DNA of 64,000 nt from a virus (lineage: Duplodnaviria; Caudoviricetes). Below the pieces are notes generated by a model. That model worked only from the letters and a program-made list of their open reading frames with translations. It did not search any database and had not been told where the DNA came from. The DNA lies in the IMG/VR virus record IMGVR_UViG_3300024259_001623; one strand, 5' to 3'. Position numbers and translations under genes: made by a program. Positions 1-9,581 of this stretch are shown piece by piece (within the stretch, counting starts at the first letter, position 1; each line of letters begins with the position of its first letter).

Positions 1-104
1 TTTTACCCTAAACCCACAAGATTTTAGTTCTTTACGAAAATCTTTAAGTTCCATTGTTAGTCCCCTTCATCTCTAATCGATTTCGTGTATTATCTCAGGG
101 AGAA

Positions 105-335
105 CTACTTACCGCAATTGAAGCAAGCCTCTTGTCCCATTTCTTCGCTGTAGTAGCCTTCCTCTGGCAGCGGCTTAATCCACTCTACCATGCCCATCCT
201 CAGAAACTTAGGGATTTCTTTGGTGATACCATTAGCTGAGTTGGGAGCTTGGATGATAGCTCCGCAAGTCTCGCATTTCGTGGTGTTGAAGAATGCGACC
301 CTCTTGTCGTTGATTCTCTTGAAATACTTATACAT
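105..335 (-). CDS. hypothetical protein with Cys pairs
   Basis: ORF in the dominant orientation; CETC and CFNC motifs. Confidence 0.55.
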   Translation of the reverse strand: MYKYFKRINDKRVAFFNTTKCETCGAIIQAPNSANGITKEIPKFLRMGMVEWIKPLPEEGYYSEEMGQEACFNCGK

Positions 336-392
336 GTTGAGGCTCCTTGGTTAAGTTACCTCTATGGATTTGTTGGTTGTGTTTCAGGGACT

Positions 393-611
393 TTATCTGT
401 TCGCATCCCAGGCAGAATAGAGATGGATAATCCACCCCATTAAAACACACCAAAGAGCTACTGCCACAACAAAATGACAAATCGCTTTAATTGGATGCCC
501 AGCCAATAATTGACCTAAACCAGGGATAATAAATGAAAGAATAGCGGGGAGACACCCCCCATGTTTTTGATCTTTACCCGAATTATTAATATAAATATCG
601 CCCAATTGCAT
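393..611 (-). CDS. small membrane protein (TM2-like)
   Basis: LSFIIPGLGQL motif followed by hydrophobic helices. Confidence 0.6.
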   Translation of the reverse strand: MQLGDIYINNSGKDQKHGGCLPAILSFIIPGLGQLLAGHPIKAICHFVVAVALWCVLMGWIIHLYSAWDANR

Positions 612-683
612 TTCTCCTTAGTTAAGTGATTTTTTAAAATACCTCGTTTCGTTCGTCCCATTGCATACAGAAAATAGTAATTT

Positions 684-890
684 TTAAGCGACTGGTATTC
701 TATATATCCAATCCCCACCAGTCCAAAAGTTCAGAAGCTCAAGAGCATCTGCCCGATTCCTACAATAAACAAAATTCATGCCGCTTTTATCTGTCGGAAT
801 ATATCTCCATTTATAATCGAAACGTATCAGACCTAAGTGTTCTGCGGCGATTCGATTTCTTGTGTAGGATATTTGGTGTTCTGTTAGCAT
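684..890 (-). CDS. hypothetical protein
   Basis: Start moved to ATG at 890 because the longer ORF overlaps tRNA-Leu. Confidence 0.5.
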   Translation of the reverse strand: MLTEHQISYTRNRIAAEHLGLIRFDYKWRYIPTDKSGMNFVYCRNRADALELLNFWTGGDWIYRIPVA

Positions 891-932
891 ACTCTTACCA
901 ATCTTTTCTACATTTTCAGGGGGAAATTTTAA

Positions 933-1018
933 TAGCACTGGTGGGAGTCGAACCCACACGGAGAATAAACTCCACGGATTTTAAATCCGTTGCCTCTTGC
1001 CAGTTGGGCTACAGTGCC
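933..1018 (-). tRNA. tRNA-Leu(UAA)
   Basis: Cloverleaf: acceptor GGCACTG/CAGTGCT, anticodon arm ACGGA-TT TAA AA-TCCGT, long variable arm, GTTCGA T-loop, A73; no CCA. Confidence 0.93.
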
Positions 1019-1060
1019 TTACTTCACAGCGTCTGCCATGCCGCCAAGCCGGCTTGATCG

Positions 1061-1696
1061 TTACAAGTTTACAATATCATCTACCTTTTCAGGGGCTTTG
1101 GTTTTTACAACCGTTCTCGCAGGTGGATTGGTTCTGACAAACCTGTGTGGCTTTGCTAACAAAGCATGAAGCTGCTCTAATGGAGTAGTGGGCTGTTTCT
1201 CAGGGATAGGCATTTGCATTGCTCTGTCAATCTCTCTCTGATTGTTGTTTACCCAAACAATCCGAGTTCCGCAACCACGGTGAACGTGACGATGCATATT
1301 CTGACTACGCCGGTGGCGATGTCCCACAACTTTCTTGCATCGCGGACAAACAGCGGCGATCTTACCTTCTGGCATTTTGGCCTTGAAGTCTAGGCGATGT
1401 GGGGTACATCCAATCTCCATCGCTTTGAGTTTCCAGACTCTATCATGCCCGTGACTATAACCGACCAAAGCATGAGCGATTTCATGCAATATGGTTTCCC
1501 TTACTTCTTCTTCTCCGTTAAGAGAAATCAGATAGCGTGACAGGGAGATATGGCTAACTTCCGGTATGCCACCTTTGCCGTATTTCCAATGGCATGTTCC
1601 TAACGTCTTTTTGCCTCTTGAGATTTTGAGCGGGCAAGTGATACCATGCTTTGCCATCAGTTTTGCCGCAATGATCTGAGCCTTGTAGATTTCCAT
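1061..1696 (-). CDS. SprT-like zinc metalloprotease
   Basis: ETILHEIAHA (HExxH), HxH-D-W motif and C-terminal CPRC..H..C. Confidence 0.85.
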   Translation of the reverse strand: MEIYKAQIIAAKLMAKHGITCPLKISRGKKTLGTCHWKYGKGGIPEVSHISLSRYLISLNGEEEVRETILHEIAHALVGYSHGHDRVWKLKAMEIGCTPHRLDFKAKMPEGKIAAVCPRCKKVVGHRHRRSQNMHRHVHRGCGTRIVWVNNNQREIDRAMQMPIPEKQPTTPLEQLHALLAKPHRFVRTNPPARTVVKTKAPEKVDDIVNL

Positions 1697-1776
1697 TGTT
1701 ATCCCTTTCAGTTAGACATAACAAATAGCAGATAGAAAAACAGGGAGAAGTGAATAACAGACCTTACAAGACTGGC

Positions 1777-1807
1777 GGGGGAAGGGCTTTTCGTACGCCC
1801 TTCCCCC
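1777..1807. terminator. GC-rich hairpin, probable terminator
   Basis: GGGGGAAGGGC / GCCCTTCCCCC 11-bp inverted repeat just downstream of ORF 1830..2168. Confidence 0.55.
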
Positions 1808-1829
1808 TAAACTCTTGCCGTTTGGGACG

Positions 1830-2168
1830 TTACAGCGTAACGCCCAAAGCCTCCTGCTGTTCGGGCGACAGCAACGCCAAGGCATCCTTGCGAGCCTGTT
1901 CCTTGGCAGCGTAAGCCTCGCGGCCGGCCTTGAAGTCCTCGACCGTGACGATAACGACCGCCTGGTTGGCCTTGATGATCGTCTGGACGCCATCCTCGGC
2001 CTCGCCCTCCAGAATGCCCTTAATCGTCTCGGCATCGCCCTTGGTAGCGACCGTGACAACATGCTTGCCAGGCCCCTTCTTGCCGTTACGCTGGCGAACG
2101 TCATAAGAAGCCGCCTCATTCGTCGCCTCAACCGCCTCAACCGCATCCGTCGTGTTCGCATCCGTCAT
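1830..2168 (-). CDS. hypothetical protein (GC-rich, acidic N-terminus)
   Basis: Clean ORF followed by a hairpin; clearly higher GC than the flanking DNA. Confidence 0.7.
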   Translation of the reverse strand: MTDANTTDAVEAVEATNEAASYDVRQRNGKKGPGKHVVTVATKGDAETIKGILEGEAEDGVQTIIKANQAVVIVTVEDFKAGREAYAAKEQARKDALALLSPEQQEALGVTL

Positions 2169-2228
2169 GATTACATCCTTTCAAGTTTGTGGTCGGCCCT
2201 GTTGCCGCCATCATTACCCATTTTTGGG

Positions 2229-2531
2229 TTATTTATCAGGGAAACTATTTCCCATGATCTCATTTGCAAAAAAATCTTTCAAGGCTCTCAGGACTTTCGA
2301 CAGCCGATGCTCTAGTCCGTTCAAGAACAAAACCCATTTGACAGACATAATAAAATCAATCAACTCAACAGGGGTCAGACTCAACAGCCTAGCCTTTACG
2401 TCAACAGCCAAGTCTTGAGAAATCTCGTAATCGCTCGGTATACTGCGATATTTACTAGACTTCGGAGGCTTTGTCTCAAGAGCAAACAAAACTGTTTCAA
2501 CAAACGTCCTCATATCTTTGTTGTCGCTCAT
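2229..2531 (-). CDS. hypothetical protein
   Basis: ORF with AGGA-type RBS upstream. Confidence 0.55.
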   Translation of the reverse strand: MSDNKDMRTFVETVLFALETKPPKSSKYRSIPSDYEISQDLAVDVKARLLSLTPVELIDFIMSVKWVLFLNGLEHRLSKVLRALKDFFANEIMGNSFPDK

Positions 2532-2659
2532 GTTGTTGTCCTTTCCTCGTCTGCCTTACTTAAAAGACAATCGTTTATCAGGGATAACATAGAGTATATT
2601 TTTCTCCCCTGAAGAAACGTAGAAAATGCTTAACAGATTTGTACAAAAAAAGAGACTTT

Positions 2660-3085
2660 TCAGCCTCTCAAATCTTTCCTTAATTCCATAAGAGCTTTAC
2701 CTAGCATGTTTTCGCCTTCGCCAGTAACCAAATCAATACCCCAAAACTTATCGCCCCAAGTATTGCCTTCTTCTAACTCTGCATCGCCAGTAAAAAGTAA
2801 TTGTTGCTTTAGGCTAGGATCAGAGAACTTCATACGTAAAGCTAAACACATTACATCTAGCTTGATGAATTCCCAATCATCTCTCATCTTTATCTGTCTA
2901 CCGATTTTCTTGGCTTTGCCAGGGGTTTCGGCTTCCATGACAGCATCATGGTCTTCTTCATCAGTAGCTTTAACAGCCTGATAGAAATGTTCTACTGACG
3001 GATATTCTTTTCCGCAAAAAGTAATTTTCGACGGAAAGAAATTCGACAAGAAGAATGTTGATTTATTGAATTCTTTAATATCCAT
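2660..3085 (-). CDS. NADAR (YbiA-like) family protein
   Basis: FLSNFF, YPSVEHFYQA, KFS..LKQQLL.TG...L.E and DKFWG motifs are characteristic of NADAR. Confidence 0.92.
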   Translation of the reverse strand: MDIKEFNKSTFFLSNFFPSKITFCGKEYPSVEHFYQAVKATDEEDHDAVMEAETPGKAKKIGRQIKMRDDWEFIKLDVMCLALRMKFSDPSLKQQLLFTGDAELEEGNTWGDKFWGIDLVTGEGENMLGKALMELRKDLRG

Positions 3086-3504
3086 TTTATTTTCCAGGCA
3101 TATGACAAGTTGCTATCATTGCGAAAAGGCCCAACCAAATACCTATTGGACCAGCAAAGTAGATAGCAAGCGGAATAGTAGCCCATATACCACAAATTGC
3201 GATACCTTTTCCAATAGACATTATATCAGCCTTTCTTACCACTCTTTCAAGAACTTCGGTTGTCTGCGTCAGTGCAAACTATAGCAATAGTAGCCACAGC
3301 AGCAGGGACGAAAGCCCAGACTCCAATAGTTCCAGCCATTGAACATATCGTAACAGCAGCAGCCCACATGGAGCCTATCATAATCATACTTCGGAATCTC
3401 ATTGTATCAACCTTTCTACAATAGTGCAAGAGAAAACAGAAATATATACTTAATCATTCTGATTTTGTGTTTCATGTTTTACTTCTTTATTGTTTGCATC
3501 ACCC

Positions 3505-3552
3505 CAAAAGGGTAGTAACATAAGCTGTCTTGCCTATATTACTACCCTTTTG
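3505..3552. repeat. 14-bp inverted repeat (hairpin)
   Basis: CAAAAGGGTAGTAA ... TTACTACCCTTTTG with a 20-nt loop, intergenic. Confidence 0.7.
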
Positions 3553-3569
3553 ATACTGTAGATCAGGGA

Positions 3570-3827
3570 CTACCTTGCGGAGGACGCAGCAGCAATGGCT
3601 CCAGAGATGGCGGCGCCGATCCAAAAGACGACTGCTCCAGCGACGTTAGCGAAAACGATCCTAACGACGCCCCAAGCGACACCCCAAGACTCGACCGGCT
3701 CGCATTTGGCCGCTTCGATGATGCCGACGATACCCAAAACCCAACCTTGGTAGATACAAACATACAGACCGCCGCCAATCGCCGCCAAGAACAACGCGAT
3801 TGCAAACATAATTCCAATGACCTTCAT
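3570..3827 (-). CDS. small membrane protein
   Basis: Multiple hydrophobic segments. Confidence 0.65.
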   Translation of the reverse strand: MKVIGIMFAIALFLAAIGGGLYVCIYQGWVLGIVGIIEAAKCEPVESWGVAWGVVRIVFANVAGAVVFWIGAAISGAIAAASSAR

Positions 3828-3865
3828 CTTCTTACCCTTTCTAATTATGGGGAAAATTCCCCCTG

Positions 3866-4120
3866 TTAAATTTTAACGTGCTTCCATTCTAGCTTAGGTT
3901 CCGTATCCCAAACGACATCATGGTTTTTCGCAACTCCGAGAGCCAAATTGAAAGGCCCGCTGTAGACGAAATTGCCATCGACAGCCAAGTCAAACCTACC
4001 AGATTTCTTGTTCTGGGACAGGGAAGCCTCGACTTGCCCCTTAGACTGGTCAATATGACCCTTGACAGGCTCGCAATGCGAAACCCTCTTGACATTTTTC
4101 AACTTCTGAGAATACGCCAT
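3866..4120 (-). CDS. hypothetical protein
   Basis: ORF with RBS (AAGGAAA). Confidence 0.55.
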   Translation of the reverse strand: MAYSQKLKNVKRVSHCEPVKGHIDQSKGQVEASLSQNKKSGRFDLAVDGNFVYSGPFNLALGVAKNHDVVWDTEPKLEWKHVKI

Positions 4121-4162
4121 TTTGTGTTTCCTTTCTTATGGTTTACTCATTTCCCAAAAAGA

Positions 4163-4543
4163 TTACTTATCTTCAGGGACGCTTTTTTGGTCGGCCTTAT
4201 CTTCTACTTTTTTTTGTTCTTCCGCTCTTGGGAAGGCATAATCAGCAAAAAACAGGAACGTGAATGTCATAACCCACCATTCCCAAGACACAAGCGAAGA
4301 CTGAAGGCCAGTGCAGATCTCCAACACAATAGAAAAAACCCATATACAAACCACTTGTTGGAAAAAATTGCTAGTAAAAACTCTCTTCAAGCCTCTACCG
4401 ACCTTAGCGAAAAACTTCTTAATATAAATCCAACCTGTCCAATCTCTTAATCCAAACTCAGTCCATAATATATATATTCCCACGATTATGATACCGATAA
4501 TAATTCCGTACATTTTGTTATCCTTTCGTGTTGCCTTTAACAA
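4163..4543 (-). CDS. membrane protein
   Basis: Three hydrophobic segments and a charged tail. Confidence 0.6.
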   Translation of the reverse strand: MLKATRKDNKMYGIIIGIIIVGIYILWTEFGLRDWTGWIYIKKFFAKVGRGLKRVFTSNFFQQVVCIWVFSIVLEICTGLQSSLVSWEWWVMTFTFLFFADYAFPRAEEQKKVEDKADQKSVPEDK

Positions 4544-4552
4544 AACTCTATT

Positions 4553-5104
4553 TTAGGACAGGGAGAGAATACGATCTTCCAATTCCTTAATCCTATCTTT
4601 CAGTTTCCTAATGAATAAATGATGAGTAGTATTTGTACATACTGCAAGATTCTCTATTCGATTATCATCTTTGATTCCATTTAGATGATGAATTATTTCG
4701 ATTTTTTTTAGTTTACGGCCTAAATGTTTTTCAATAATCCATCTATGCTGTAAAACAGTTTTTCCTCTTACAGTTGTAGAAAGATATCCTTTTCGATTAT
4801 GTTTCCATTCTCTTTCTTCTAATGGAACAATCTTTTTTTGTTTTCCTCTAGAGTGGTCATAACCGCATTTTTTAGAGCAAAATTTGCATTCACTATTATG
4901 TTTCTTAGCTTTTTCTATCTCAGACGGACTACGATAAAAAGTATTTCCACATTCCTTACATACAAAATTTATACCACTTTTGGGTCTTCCTAAGTCTTTG
5001 ATATACTCAGGGTTACCGTATTTCTTCCATTTTTGATAATGTTTAGTGCAATATCCTTTACAAAAACTTTTCCTATCACACTCTTTAACTTCACATATTT
5101 TCAT
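4553..5104 (-). CDS. HNH homing endonuclease with zinc fingers
   Basis: HRWIIEKHLGR...IHHLNGIKDDNRIENL HNH motif; N-terminal CxxC clusters. Confidence 0.9.
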   Translation of the reverse strand: MKICEVKECDRKSFCKGYCTKHYQKWKKYGNPEYIKDLGRPKSGINFVCKECGNTFYRSPSEIEKAKKHNSECKFCSKKCGYDHSRGKQKKIVPLEEREWKHNRKGYLSTTVRGKTVLQHRWIIEKHLGRKLKKIEIIHHLNGIKDDNRIENLAVCTNTTHHLFIRKLKDRIKELEDRILSLS

Positions 5105-5164
5105 ATTTATCTCCTTTCTAAGAAACTTGTTCCGAGAAAAGAGATAAATATCCTTTAATTATTT

Positions 5165-5833
5165 TTAAGACGATACAGTTTTTTCATGTTCAATCCTAAA
5201 AATTTTGTACCACTTCGTGACATTTCCAATCCAGTTACCATTTAGCCTACGTTCAGCGGCTGATAAATTACCAGTTGTGGGGCAATACCGATTACCTAAG
5301 AAGGTAATGAAATTCAGGCTTTTGTCAGAATTCAACCATCTTTGATAATTCTTGACTACAGTAGCAGCAGCCCAGCCAGCTTGAGTATCCAAATTGGTAT
5401 TGATTGCTCTTGGATGTAAAACTCCGAACTCTAAGCCAGGCCGTCCATTTTCGGCTTTACGAATAGCCAAAAGAATTAAAAACAAATCTCCACCGCATTT
5501 GTTACGATTCGCAGCGACGACAATAGTTTTCAACTCATTTTGACCAAAACGCTTAGGATTGACGTACCTAGGGTAATTGTCAATCTTTGGGTTATTATCT
5601 ATTGGTTGCTGTTTAGATGCATAACGGATAGGAGGCTTAGGCTTAGGAGGATACAAAGCTCCCGTTCCGTATGTATCTTCTACATATTGATTTGCTGAGG
5701 CTTCTTCAGGGGTAATATTTTCTTCTCCATCGCCCAAAGTAGAGATCAACATAAAAACGATAAGAGTTAAAGTCAAGCATACAATAAAGATACCAACGTT
5801 TTTAGCTTCTTCGAGCAAGTGAGCCATTTTCAT
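5165..5833 (-). CDS. membrane-anchored lysozyme-like (glucosaminidase/SLT-like) protein
   Basis: N-terminal TM, Pro-rich linker, LLAIRKAENG (putative catalytic Glu), YCP and NW..NV motifs. Confidence 0.5.
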   Translation of the reverse strand: MKMAHLLEEAKNVGIFIVCLTLTLIVFMLISTLGDGEENITPEEASANQYVEDTYGTGALYPPKPKPPIRYASKQQPIDNNPKIDNYPRYVNPKRFGQNELKTIVVAANRNKCGGDLFLILLAIRKAENGRPGLEFGVLHPRAINTNLDTQAGWAAATVVKNYQRWLNSDKSLNFITFLGNRYCPTTGNLSAAERRLNGNWIGNVTKWYKIFRIEHEKTVSS

Positions 5834-6128
5834 TTCCTTTCAGAGCGTGAGCTAATATGTTAGGATTAGCTAACATATATTTACCGAGCCTACAAGGCGT
5901 TTCGGCAGACTTCTCCATTTGTCCATGCGAAAAACAGGGAGTTTCATCGTACCAATCTTTATCATGGATTGAACAAGAGAATTGATCCCCATCTTTTTGT
6001 AGATGTTTACATGGTTGACCTTGACCATTATGGTGGATAATATTATCTTGTGCTATACCTTTGCTAGGATCATCAACGATCATAACAGACATTCGGTGAC
6101 AACAATATCCACATCGTAAGCAGATCAT
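5802..6128 (-). CDS. YkgJ-like cysteine-cluster protein
   Basis: CLRCGYCC ... CKHL ... CSIH ... PC pattern. Confidence 0.7.
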   Translation of the reverse strand: MICLRCGYCCHRMSVMIVDDPSKGIAQDNIIHHNGQGQPCKHLQKDGDQFSCSIHDKDWYDETPCFSHGQMEKSAETPCRLGKYMLANPNILAHALKGNENGSLARRS

Positions 6129-6276
6129 ATTAGTCTTCTATTGAAACAACAATCGTACCAACGAAAGCAATTGCAAACGCAATCACTCCCATATGGGCAA
6201 GAAAAATGCTACCAACCGCCGCTCCGACCCACATCGAAACAATTGCAATCGCCTTATCTCTGGATTTCATTGTTAT

Positions 6277-6636
6277 TTACCTTTTTGTTGGATTCACCAG
6301 TGCATCCCATTCTTTATCAGTGATATTATCAGGGATAGGACCGCCAGGGACATTGTACCAAGGAACTTCGTCGCTGTTCGTTTCGTCAAACCATTCTGTA
6401 CTGATTCCGAAAGCTACGCTTCCATCAGGGAATTGGACATTAACAAGAGTTTTATCTTCTACAAACCCTTTCCCTGCCTGAAAACGTTCAGGATGGCCGA
6501 TAACATCGAAATCTAGCTTAGAGCCAGCCCGAATTATTTCGGTGGAACCCTCAACATCGTCAAGAGCCTCATCATAGCTACTGATGACTTCAATTTCGCA
6601 GTCTGTGTTGAATTTGACTTTCATGATTTTCTCCAA
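6277..6636 (-). CDS. hypothetical protein
   Basis: ORF with GGAG RBS. Confidence 0.6.
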   Translation of the reverse strand: MEKIMKVKFNTDCEIEVISSYDEALDDVEGSTEIIRAGSKLDFDVIGHPERFQAGKGFVEDKTLVNVQFPDGSVAFGISTEWFDETNSDEVPWYNVPGGPIPDNITDKEWDALVNPTKR

Positions 6637-6643
6637 TTTTTAA

Positions 6644-6892
6644 TGGGCGGGCTGGGAATCGAACCCCGCGACCTTCTTCCGAAAGCATTACGATATTGCC
6701 TTGTCTTACAGGGAATTAAACCCTGGTCTCCTGGCCTAATGCCAGGTATCTTCCATGCAATCTGATACCCTTGGTAAGTCGATCAAACTTTGGTAGAGTA
6801 GTGTTGCACAGTTAGCCACTCATTAGACGATCAGACGCAATAATCTCCTAGGACTACTTTCCGGATGCTGTTATGCCAAATAACTTCCGCCC
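6644..6892 (-). ncRNA. 249-nt tRNA-scaffolded RNA with a nested tRNA-like domain
   Basis: Acceptor GGGCGGA/CCCGCCC, D-like stem GTTAT/ATAAC and GGTTCGATT T-arm enclose a ~180-nt insert that contains a second cloverleaf. Confidence 0.65.
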
Positions 6893-6899
6893 AGAAAAA

Positions 6900-6972
6900 T
6901 ACGCCCACCAGGACTCGAACCTGGAACCGCCACATTAAAAGTGTGATGCTCTGCCAATTGAGCTATAGGCGC
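6900..6972 (-). tRNA. tRNA-Lys(UUU)
   Basis: Canonical cloverleaf; anticodon loop CT TTT AA. Confidence 0.95.
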
Positions 6973-7067
6973 ATAAAGAACAAGAGGGCTTATCTTCCAG
7001 CCAGGATTACAACGTCAGTCAATCTAGCTCTTGTTCTCATTAGGAATTCAACATCAAACTACAGGGA

Positions 7068-7472
7068 TTACCAAGTAGACGGAATAGAGTTGGAAGACGC
7101 ATATGCCTTCTTATACTCAGCCGGCAACTCATCCCAAGGAACGATCTTATGCGTTTGCGTTTGTTCATCGTAATACTTGTACGTCTTTTCAGGGGTCTTT
7201 TTCTCATCTTCATACGAAACGGTGGGTATATTGATAGCTACCATTCCAGCAGGGGCCTCTTGTCCCATCGGACTATTCGGTTCCCTACGAGCAATGATAT
7301 TGGCAGTTTCGCCAAGGCCCATTGAATGAGTCACAGGAGCCTTCATAACCTCTAGGGTTGTAGAAGACGTAAAGGTGAGCCAGGCCCCTTTGCCTGTTTC
7401 AAGATGCGTACCGGCACAACCACCAAGAGCAATAGAGAACAAAACCATAGTGAGCATTGCAGAGCGTTTCAT
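7068..7472 (-). CDS. lipoprotein
   Basis: Signal peptide ending in lipobox LGGC. Confidence 0.75.
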   Translation of the reverse strand: MKRSAMLTMVLFSIALGGCAGTHLETGKGAWLTFTSSTTLEVMKAPVTHSMGLGETANIIARREPNSPMGQEAPAGMVAINIPTVSYEDEKKTPEKTYKYYDEQTQTHKIVPWDELPAEYKKAYASSNSIPSTW

Positions 7473-7535
7473 CGTTTTTCTCCTTCTATGAGCGATTGAC
7501 TCATGAGCATTTTACGAGTTATTGCAGGGATATGA

Positions 7536-7724
7536 TCAGCAGTCGCCTTTGTGTAGGTCCAATTTGGCCTTACGACGTTTTTTTCTGTTGGAAGGCTTTC
7601 CGCCCCAGGAATTGGAACGAAGTCGTCCTGACGCCCTTACAACGTCTAATTCGGCCTCTCTGGCCGCTCGACGCAGGGACTTGACCAATTTCTGCTGTTC
7701 CGTAAGTTTCTTTTTCTTAGCCAT
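7536..7724 (-). CDS. small, highly basic protein
   Basis: Lys/Arg-rich 62-aa ORF with AGGA RBS. Confidence 0.6.
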   Translation of the reverse strand: MAKKKKLTEQQKLVKSLRRAAREAELDVVRASGRLRSNSWGGKPSNRKKRRKAKLDLHKGDC

Positions 7725-7970
7725 AATAATCCTTCTTTCGTTTTACTATGACAATTTCCTTCATTTTATCAGGGAAGATATACCTGATCTGAATAGCACC
7801 AATGCCCATTAGCCAATATAAAAACCACCTTATTGGCCCTAATGTCATCTTCATCTACTTCATCAACATTAGTGCCGCACTTTGTACGAGGATAATCGGT
7901 GATCTGCATTTGTTCTATCTCAGTTCTACCGAAACGAGTATGGATTTCGTCGCCGATTTTAATCATTTTG

Positions 7971-8210
7971 TTATCCCAAGGCTATTTGAGGATCATACCA
8001 ATACGCAGTAAATTCCTTTGCCTTCATGTGTCTGGCCCATAAAGGCTTTTGCCAAACAAACGAAGGTATCCATTCTTCATCTTTTTGACAATAGCTGGCA
8101 GGGACATTCTTGCAATAATGATCCTTATCAATCAAGAAATAACGCCGATCAAGAAGAAAACATCGGCCAGTTTGATTATGTCTAATAACAACATAAACAT
8201 TCGACATCAT
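7971..8210 (-). CDS. hypothetical protein
   Basis: Overlaps the upstream gene by 4 nt (ATGA-type coupling). Confidence 0.55.
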   Translation of the reverse strand: MMSNVYVVIRHNQTGRCFLLDRRYFLIDKDHYCKNVPASYCQKDEEWIPSFVWQKPLWARHMKAKEFTAYWYDPQIALG

Positions 8211-8860
8211 TTTTCTCCTTCGAAGCTTATCTCGCTTAACCGATATCTTAAACCGCCTTCACCATGTATCTCAATAGACTCGTTTTTCTCCAGAACCTTG
8301 ACTGAGGGTATATCGGCCCCGGCCAAAGTAATATGTTCGACTATGAATCTACTCCAACTATTCATAACGATATCTCCCACACGAATTTCTTTTCTTTTTG
8401 CAGGGAGACAGAATTTGACGTAAAGTTCTAAATTGTGATCGTGTCTGAGGACTTCTTTTACTCTTTGTTCTGTTTTTCCCCCAGGAGAATATAAGAAAAC
8501 CCCTACGCAAGAATAATTATAGCCGCCCCCGAATTCTTCATCAATCATATCGATTGTGGCTTTTATAGTAGCCCCAGAACAAACAAAATCATCAATGATG
8601 ATATATTCGCATTGGTCTTTTTCGCAACCTTCTACCATAGAACTACTATGAGAGTTTTCGCAATCTTTTCTCACAAGAATCAAAGGTTTGCCAAGTTTAG
8701 CTGCTACGGCAGGAGCTACTACTGCTCCACTCATTCCCCTAAAGGCGATAGCATCAAACTTTTTTCTTGACTTTTTGATAACTCTGATAACATCATCAAT
8801 AACCGTTGACAAGATCTTACCAGACAGTTGTGCCCCCATATATTCGCTACGAATTGACAT
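8207..8860 (-). CDS. type I phosphoribosyltransferase domain protein
   Basis: FDAIAFRGMSG, LILVRK and the PRPP-binding loop YIIIDDFVCSGATI. Confidence 0.85.
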   Translation of the reverse strand: MSIRSEYMGAQLSGKILSTVIDDVIRVIKKSRKKFDAIAFRGMSGAVVAPAVAAKLGKPLILVRKDCENSHSSSMVEGCEKDQCEYIIIDDFVCSGATIKATIDMIDEEFGGGYNYSCVGVFLYSPGGKTEQRVKEVLRHDHNLELYVKFCLPAKRKEIRVGDIVMNSWSRFIVEHITLAGADIPSVKVLEKNESIEIHGEGGLRYRLSEISFEGEK

Positions 8861-8901
8861 ATTTTCCCTTTCAGTTGCTCTTTTTGATTTTGTGCTTAAT
8901 T

Positions 8902-9552
8902 TCAGGGAATCTTAAAATATGAGTCTGCCAACTCTTCTCTTGCTTTGTCGCAATTGTTATCATGTCTTTGAGAACATTTATCAGCCTCAAAATATTTCCA
9001 AATTACATGGATAGGCTCGAAAACCTTTCTTTCGACTAAACAAGTAGTAGCATAGCGATTATAACTATGATTGACAGTCATGAATTCAATCTTATCAAAG
9101 CCTCTCCAATCGCCAACTCCATTAGCAGTCCAACCAGTTGTAATAACAATTCCCCCATTTCTTACTAATCTAGGAAGAATCTGCTTGCATCTGACTATGG
9201 TATCTTGGAGTCTTGTACCTTTTTCCTTGACTTTATAAGCTTTGGCGTTTTGAGAAGCTGAGAAAGGTGGATCGAATATAACAACATCGGCCCTTACCCC
9301 TTGTTGATACAGAAACTCTAAGAAATCGGCAGCATCCATATGAAAAGCCGCATCTGTATCTCGGCTGATATCATTGGTGAAATTTGCCAATGTAGCATTT
9401 CTTGCGAAAGGATCTACAATAGTGGCATGAGGATTTGCGGAGATAGCTTCTGCGATATACCTACGCAGTAGTTCCCCAATAGGTTTGATCTTATGGACTT
9501 CTTTATTAGCAGGAGCCATATGATAACTTGTTGTAGGTATCTTAATTCGCAT
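8902..9552 (-). CDS. putative adenine-specific DNA methyltransferase
   Basis: IVDPFA motif I-like segment and VIFDPPFS motif IV. Confidence 0.75.
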   Translation of the reverse strand: MRIKIPTTSYHMAPANKEVHKIKPIGELLRRYIAEAISANPHATIVDPFARNATLANFTNDISRDTDAAFHMDAADFLEFLYQQGVRADVVIFDPPFSASQNAKAYKVKEKGTRLQDTIVRCKQILPRLVRNGGIVITTGWTANGVGDWRGFDKIEFMTVNHSYNRYATTCLVERKVFEPIHVIWKYFEADKCSQRHDNNCDKAREELADSYFKIP

Positions 9553-9581
9553 AGATTAGTCCCTTTCTCTACGCTGTATCA

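Noticed and set aside
6725-6750. Ochre (UUA) suppressor tRNA implying a recoded genome
   Set aside because: The loop lacks U33 and is not a free tRNA. ORFs tile well in code 11 using TAA, TAG and TGA stops.
6644-6892. Group I intron-containing tRNA or tmRNA
   Set aside because: I could not place P3-P7 core elements in order or splice sites that restore a 7-nt anticodon loop. There is no G3:U70 pair and no convincing tag ORF. An Rfam check is still needed.
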